From the NCBI GenBank assembly GCA_963769025.1, contig CAVYKI010000006.1, positions 631,986 through 695,985 on the forward strand: a DNA stretch of 64,000 bases, read 5' to 3'. The notes beneath the pieces are model-generated. The model had not been told where the DNA came from and did not search any database. It saw only the letters and a program-made list of their open reading frames with translations. Shown piece by piece: positions 59,463 to 64,000 of this stretch (within the stretch, counting starts at the first letter, position 1; every line of letters starts with the position of its first letter). Source of the DNA: an uncultured Verrucomicrobiae bacterium. GTDB taxonomy: Bacteria; Verrucomicrobiota; Verrucomicrobiia; Chthoniobacterales; Chthoniobacteraceae. The translations under genes and the position numbers were made by a program.

Positions 59463-60809
59463 CTAGATGAGTTCTTTCATGGGCTGCCAGCCGTCCACCA
59501 GGTACTGTGGACGACCAGAGAGATCGGGGAGCGTGACGCTGGCGAGATCGAGTCCGAGCCAGTGGTAAAGCGTCGCGAAGACCTCGCCGAAATGCACGGG
59601 GCGCTCGGTCGGTTCTCCGCCGAGGCGATCTGTCGCGCCGATGACCTGGCCGGTCTTGAATCCGCCGCCGGCGACGACGCCGCAGCCGACGCGCGGCCAG
59701 TGGTCACGGCCCGCGTCCTTGTTGATCTGCGGCGTGCGGCCAAATTCACCCCACGCGACAACGGCGACATCCTTGTCGAGCCCGCGCTCGTGGAGATCCT
59801 CGATGAGCGCGCTGTAGCCCTGGTCGAACAGCGGGAGGTGCGTGAGCAGTTCGCTGTGGTTGCGCGAATGGAAATCCCATCGGCCGAAATTCATCGTCAC
59901 GCAGCGCGCGCCGGCCTCGACCAGACGGCGTGCGACGAGGAAGTGCTCGTTGTTCCGCGGAGCGCCGTCGCCGTAATTCTTCGTGTCGCCCTTGCCGTAG
60001 CGCTCGCGCGTCTTCGCGCTTTCGCGGCTCACGTCGAGCGCCTCAAGGAGCTTGCTGGAGGTGAGCACGCCGAACGCCTGCTGGTTGAAGGCGTCGAGAC
60101 CGTCCATCAGCCCGCTCGTATCCATGTCGCGGCGGAAACGGTCGAAGCCTTCGAGCAGCGCGCGGCGATCCGTGAGCCGGTCGGCGGTGACGCCGTTGAG
60201 CGTGAGGTCGCCGGTGGCGGCGCCATTCGGACGGAACGCGGAAAACGCCGGCCCGAGAAATCCCGGATGTCCCGGCGAGCCGTACGGCGGATGCCCGGCA
60301 TTCGGCGCGAGGCCGACGAAGGGCGGCACGTCCTTGGATGTCGCGGGGATGAGCTTTGCCATCGTCGAGCCGATGGACGGCCAGCCGCCCGGCGGCTTCG
60401 CCTCGCCCTTTGCCGAATGGCCCGTGTAGCAGATGTGCGAATCGTGATCGCCCGTGACCGAGCCGACCATCGAGCGGATCGGCACGAGCTTGTCCATGAT
60501 GCGCGCGCAATGCGGCATGTGCTCGGAAATCTGGATGCCCGCCACGTTCGTCCCGATCGGCTTGTACGGGCCGCGGTATTCGAGCGGCGCATCCATCTTC
60601 AGATCGAAGATGTCCTGATGCGGCGGCGCGCCCGCCATGTAGATCATGATGACCGACTTCGGCGAACGCCGGACGCCGGACTGCGCCTCGGCGTGCAGGA
60701 GTTGCGGCAAGCCGATGCCGCCCATCGCGAGGCCGCCGATTTTGATGAAGTCGCGCCGGGAAACCCCGTCGCAAAATTTGCCGCTGCGGGCGCCGGGGAT
60801 TGTCAGCAT
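59463..60809 (-). CDS. DUF1501 domain protein
   Basis: [36 protein letters not shown] and GRDHW. Confidence 0.92.
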   Translation of the reverse strand: MLTIPGARSGKFCDGVSRRDFIKIGGLAMGGIGLPQLLHAEAQSGVRRSPKSVIMIYMAGAPPHQDIFDLKMDAPLEYRGPYKPIGTNVAGIQISEHMPHCARIMDKLVPIRSMVGSVTGDHDSHICYTGHSAKGEAKPPGGWPSIGSTMAKLIPATSKDVPPFVGLAPNAGHPPYGSPGHPGFLGPAFSAFRPNGAATGDLTLNGVTADRLTDRRALLEGFDRFRRDMDTSGLMDGLDAFNQQAFGVLTSSKLLEALDVSRESAKTRERYGKGDTKNYGDGAPRNNEHFLVARRLVEAGARCVTMNFGRWDFHSRNHSELLTHLPLFDQGYSALIEDLHERGLDKDVAVVAWGEFGRTPQINKDAGRDHWPRVGCGVVAGGGFKTGQVIGATDRLGGEPTERPVHFGEVFATLYHWLGLDLASVTLPDLSGRPQYLVDGWQPMKELI

Positions 60810-60810
60810 G

Positions 60811-62164
60811 TCAGGCGAGCTCCTTCATCGGCTCGCAGCCGGGCGCGACGAGGTATTGCGGCCGCCCGGTGAGGTCGTCCACGGTCGTCTTGTTCACGTC
60901 GATGCCGAGGTTTTGATAGAGCGTCGCGAAGACTTCGCCGAAGCGCACGGGGCGCTCCGTCGCCTCGCCGCCGAGGCGGTCCGTCGCGCCGATGACCTGG
61001 CCGTGGCGCATCCCGCCGCCCGCGAGCAGCGCGCACGAGACGCGCGGCCAGTGGTCGCGACCCGCGTCCTTGTTGATGGTCGGCGTGCGGCCAAATTCGC
61101 CCCACACGACGACCGAGACATCCTTTTCCAGCCCGCGCTGGCGCAGGTCGGTGAGCAGCGCGGTGAGGCCTTGATCGAGCAGCGGCAGATCCTGCCGCAG
61201 CGCGTCGAAATTTTTCCCGTGATGATCCCAGCGGCTGAACGCCACCGTCACGCAGCGCGCTCCCGCCTCGACGAGCCGGCGCGCGGCGAGGAAATGCTCC
61301 ATGAGCTTCGGCCCGCCGTCGTCGCGGTTCTTCGGGTCACCCTTGCCGTAGCTCTCGCGGACGCGGGTGTCCTCCTTGGAAATGTCCAGCGCGTCCAGCA
61401 GCTTGCTCGACGTGAGGACGCCGAACGCCTGCTGGTTGAAGGCATCCATGCCGTCCATCGCCCCGCTCTTGTCCACGTCGCGGCGGAAGCGATCGAAATT
61501 CGTGAGCAGCGAACGCCGGTCCGCGAGGCGGTCGAGCGTCACGCCTTTGAGCGTCATGTCCTCCAGGCCGCTGCCCTTGTTCGGCTCAAAAGGCGCGTGC
61601 TTCACGCCGAGAAAGCCCGGTTCGCCGGTGCGCGCCCATTCCATGTGCCCCATCTTCGGCGCGAGGCCCACGAAAGGCGGCACCGCCGGATCGAACGCGC
61701 CCTGCACCTTCGCCACGACGGAGCCCAATGCCGGCCAGCCACCCTGCGGCTGATTTTTGAAATCACGCCCGGTGAGGCATTGGAAGGCATCGTGCCGCGT
61801 GTCGCAGTCGCTCATCGAGCGGATGAGCGTGCAGCGGTCCATCATCTTCGCGAGCTTCGGCAGATGCTCGCGTGATCTGGATGCCCGGCACATTCGTCCC
61901 GATCGGCTTGAACTCCCCGCGGATCTCGGAGGGCGCGTCCATTTTCAAATCGAAGATGTCCTGATGCGACGGCCCGCCCGGCAGGAAAATCATGATCACC
62001 GCCTTGTGCGAACGCCCCGCTTTCGCAGCACCGCTCACGGCCTCCGCGCGCAGGATCTGCGGCAGGCTCAGCCCGCCAAGCGCGAGCCCGCCGATGCGCA
62101 GAAAATCACGCCTCGAAAAACCGTCGCAGAATCGTCCGTTCGATTGGCCGTTGATGGTGAGCAT
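60811..62164 (-). CDS. DUF1501 domain protein (tandem paralog); frameshift ~61875
   Basis: Same motifs as 59463-60809, split across two frames. Confidence 0.88.
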
Positions 62165-62421
62165 GGTCTGTTTGGGATGGAGAGGGGCGGGTCGCACGTG
62201 ACTACCCGCACACACCGGAAAACTGAGGCCCCTTTTTCCAGCCAAACGCCTGAGGCCGAACAGCGTCGGCGACCGAGTCGGCCATTCGTACATTCCAACC
62301 GGAAGAGGAATTCGCCGCGCCCGACCGCGGTCCCGCCTGACGCTCCGGTGCATTTCAACGAACCCGGCGGTGAAAGCGCTTGCCAAGCGGCGGCGGCTCC
62401 TCATATTTCGCGGCCCGCAAC

Positions 62422-62493
62422 GCCAGAGTAGCTCAGTGGTAGAGCAGCGGTTTCGTAAACCGCAGGTCAAGGGTTCAATCCCCTTCTCTGGCT
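62422..62493 (+). tRNA. tRNA-Thr(CGT)
   Basis: Acceptor GCCAGAG/CTCTGGC, D-arm GCTCAGTGGTAGAGC, anticodon stem GCGGT-TTCGTAA-ACCGC, T-loop GGTTCAATCC; CCA not encoded. Confidence 0.95.
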
Positions 62494-62622
62494 CCCTAAC
62501 TCTCAACGAGTTACGGATTTTGGGATTCCGCCATGTGCCCGAATGTCGCCCGAATCGGACGAAGATGCGGCACAAACAGCATGGCGAAGTATCCGGCCTG
62601 TGACACATTTCCGCCTCGTACC

Positions 62623-62881
62623 ATGCCAGACAACTTCACGAATATCCCGCCGGACGATCTCCAAACCACCGAGGAGATTGCGGCGTTTCTTAAAGGTGGA
62701 TCCGAAGACTGTGTTCAATTGGGCGAAGGTCGGAATTATTCCGGAAGCGTTCCGAGTCGGCAAAACCGCCCGGTTTTCCCTTGAGGCGGTGAAAGGCCGG
62801 CCTGAAGATGAAATGTCCGGACTTGGGCAGATCCAAGCGCTCTATCGAAGACATCGTGCGTCTCGCATTCACGATGATTGA
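62623..62881 (+). CDS. Excisionase-like HTH_17 protein; +1 frameshift at ~62690
   Basis: [14 protein letters not shown] | [32 protein letters not shown] across two frames. Confidence 0.65.
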
Positions 62882-63110
62882 TCACGAATTGTTTCCTCCC
62901 CCCAGTTGGATGTTGTTTGAGAAGGACATGGATCCAAGGGACACCGATCACGCACGGCGCATGACTGACCAATATCGAAAAGCCGTCGAAACCCAGAACA
63001 GCACGACGTTGAAGCTCGCCTATTTCCAAGGGGTTCTCGACTGGGCGGCGATGATGGAGGCCGAGGGTGAAACCGTGACAGGCTTTGAGGAGCCCATGGC
63101 GACCCGATAG
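62808..63110 (+). CDS. Hypothetical protein
   Basis: 100-aa ORF with protein-like composition. Confidence 0.5.
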   Translation: MKCPDLGRSKRSIEDIVRLAFTMIDHELFPPPSWMLFEKDMDPRDTDHARRMTDQYRKAVETQNSTTLKLAYFQGVLDWAAMMEAEGETVTGFEEPMATR

Positions 63111-63259
63111 CGACCGCCGCAAACCGATACCGCGGCCCGGATGCGGGTGGCCTCCGGGATGTCACGACAGCGACAAGGCTCCGCCGTTTTTCGTGGTCAG
63201 CAGCTTGATCTCCGCGACGAAATGCTGGCGTGCCATTTGCGGTTGTTCCCAGCGGCGAC

Positions 63260-63538
63260 GTGATGACGATGTCCCTGCTCGACAAGCGGCTGGAAGTCCG
63301 GCGCTACGCGCTCCGCGAAGCTGTGGAGCAGATGGACTTCAACCTCATCCATCAGCTCGCCGAGAAGGCGATTGCCACGCGCGAGCGAATCGCCACCGAG
63401 CAACTGAGGACGTCCGAAGGATCGCGAAGCGACCTGCCTCTGCAAGTCAGGCAGCCTCCGAACGACTGGGAAAACTTGGTCCCTGTTAACGCACCGGTTC
63501 GGACCCGGCCTGATCGGCGAAGGCGACCAGCATCCTGA
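63260..63538 (+). CDS. Hypothetical protein
   Basis: LLDKRLEVRRYALREAVEQMDFNLIHQLAEKAIA helical segment. Confidence 0.45.
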   Translation: MMTMSLLDKRLEVRRYALREAVEQMDFNLIHQLAEKAIATRERIATEQLRTSEGSRSDLPLQVRQPPNDWENLVPVNAPVRTRPDRRRRPAS

Positions 63539-63634
63539 AGTAGCCGGTTCGGACGGTTGACCGCCCTGTGCAATTCCCTCCCTCTCTGTGTCATAATAAG
63601 ATGACAAGGCCCAAGAGCCACAAGTCATCAAATT

Positions 63635-63680
63635 GAAGCAGCCCGCCCCGGTCCAGTCCCGTGGCGGGCTGCTTCGTTTT
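63635..63680 (+). terminator. Intrinsic terminator-like hairpin
   Basis: GAAGCAGCCCGCC / GGCGGGCTGCTTC followed by GTTTT. Confidence 0.65.
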
Positions 63681-63705
63681 CAACACAACCAACACCAACA
63701 CATCC

Positions 63706-63966
63706 ATGAATCACCTCCTCAAACACAACGCCCATCCCTGCCAGCCATTCTGGCGATCCCGTAGCCGCCCATATCGGAAGCCGTTTCTGACGTCGCTCGC
63801 GCTCGCCGGCTTGCCGCTGACCTGCGTTTCCTGCTCGGAATCAAAACCGACTCCTGCGCGCGTCACTGTCACCGATACAGCTCCTGTCGGCGAGGGGCTC
63901 AAGGTCATCGGCTTCGCCGTGCATGGCGCAGCGGTCGTCGGTGTCCTCGGACGCATGCTCAGGTGA
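63706..63966 (+). CDS. Small membrane/lipoprotein-like hypothetical protein
   Basis: LALAGLPLTCVSC and a C-terminal hydrophobic GLKVIGFAV.GAAVVGVLG segment. Confidence 0.5.
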   Translation: MNHLLKHNAHPCQPFWRSRSRPYRKPFLTSLALAGLPLTCVSCSESKPTPARVTVTDTAPVGEGLKVIGFAVHGAAVVGVLGRMLR

Positions 63967-64000
63967 TTCACAGCCATGACCTTCAAAGGACTGCTCAGGC

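Larger units (their letters stand above)
62494..64000 (+). mobile_element. Edge of a probable tRNA-integrated element (ICE/prophage-like)
   Basis: TAACTC-TCAAC-GAGTTA palindrome just after the tRNA, then an excisionase-like HTH and short hypothetical genes; no integrase in the window. Confidence 0.55.

Noticed and set aside
62686..62696. Programmed +1 frameshift at TTT CTT AAA G
   Set aside because: Cannot be distinguished from the many indel errors in this assembly.

Overview
High-GC bacterial window whose gene content (DUF1501, DUF1549/1553, DUF1552/1592, planctomycete cytochrome c-WD40, SHC-like proteins) points to the PVC superphylum, probably Verrucomicrobia; this is inference. Layout: (1) 1-2.4 kb, an FHA + prenyltransferase-repeat gene and a 5'-truncated SDR gene. 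(2) ~2.4-21.5 kb, an accessory general-stress island: MgtC, BON-MscS, ECF sigma with a sigma54-type promoter, NtrC-like activator, CsbD, DUF2934, YihY, NarL-like regulator and a KaiA-less kaiC-kaiB-kaiB-PAS kinase operon. The island contains a 1,514-bp near-perfect internal duplication and ends at an IS5-family element. (3) 21.5-24.9 kb, an unusual cassette: a truncated XRE gene, a 13-unit array of strict 42-bp period with mirror-symmetric unit orientation, REP-doublet modules, an Fn3-like gene, inverted heptamer tracts and a collagen-like gene. This is the best candidate for an undescribed system. (4) 24.9-62.2 kb, mostly core genes (DUF1552/1592, SHC-like, sucBA, PhzF, Gpx, Mn catalase islet, M48, mreBCD-mrdA-rng, PhoB-like regulator, DUF1501/1549 locus); many carry single-base frameshifts that look like long-read assembly errors. 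(5) tRNA-Thr(CGT) followed by the edge of a probable integrative element. All family calls come from motif recognition by eye; no searches were run.
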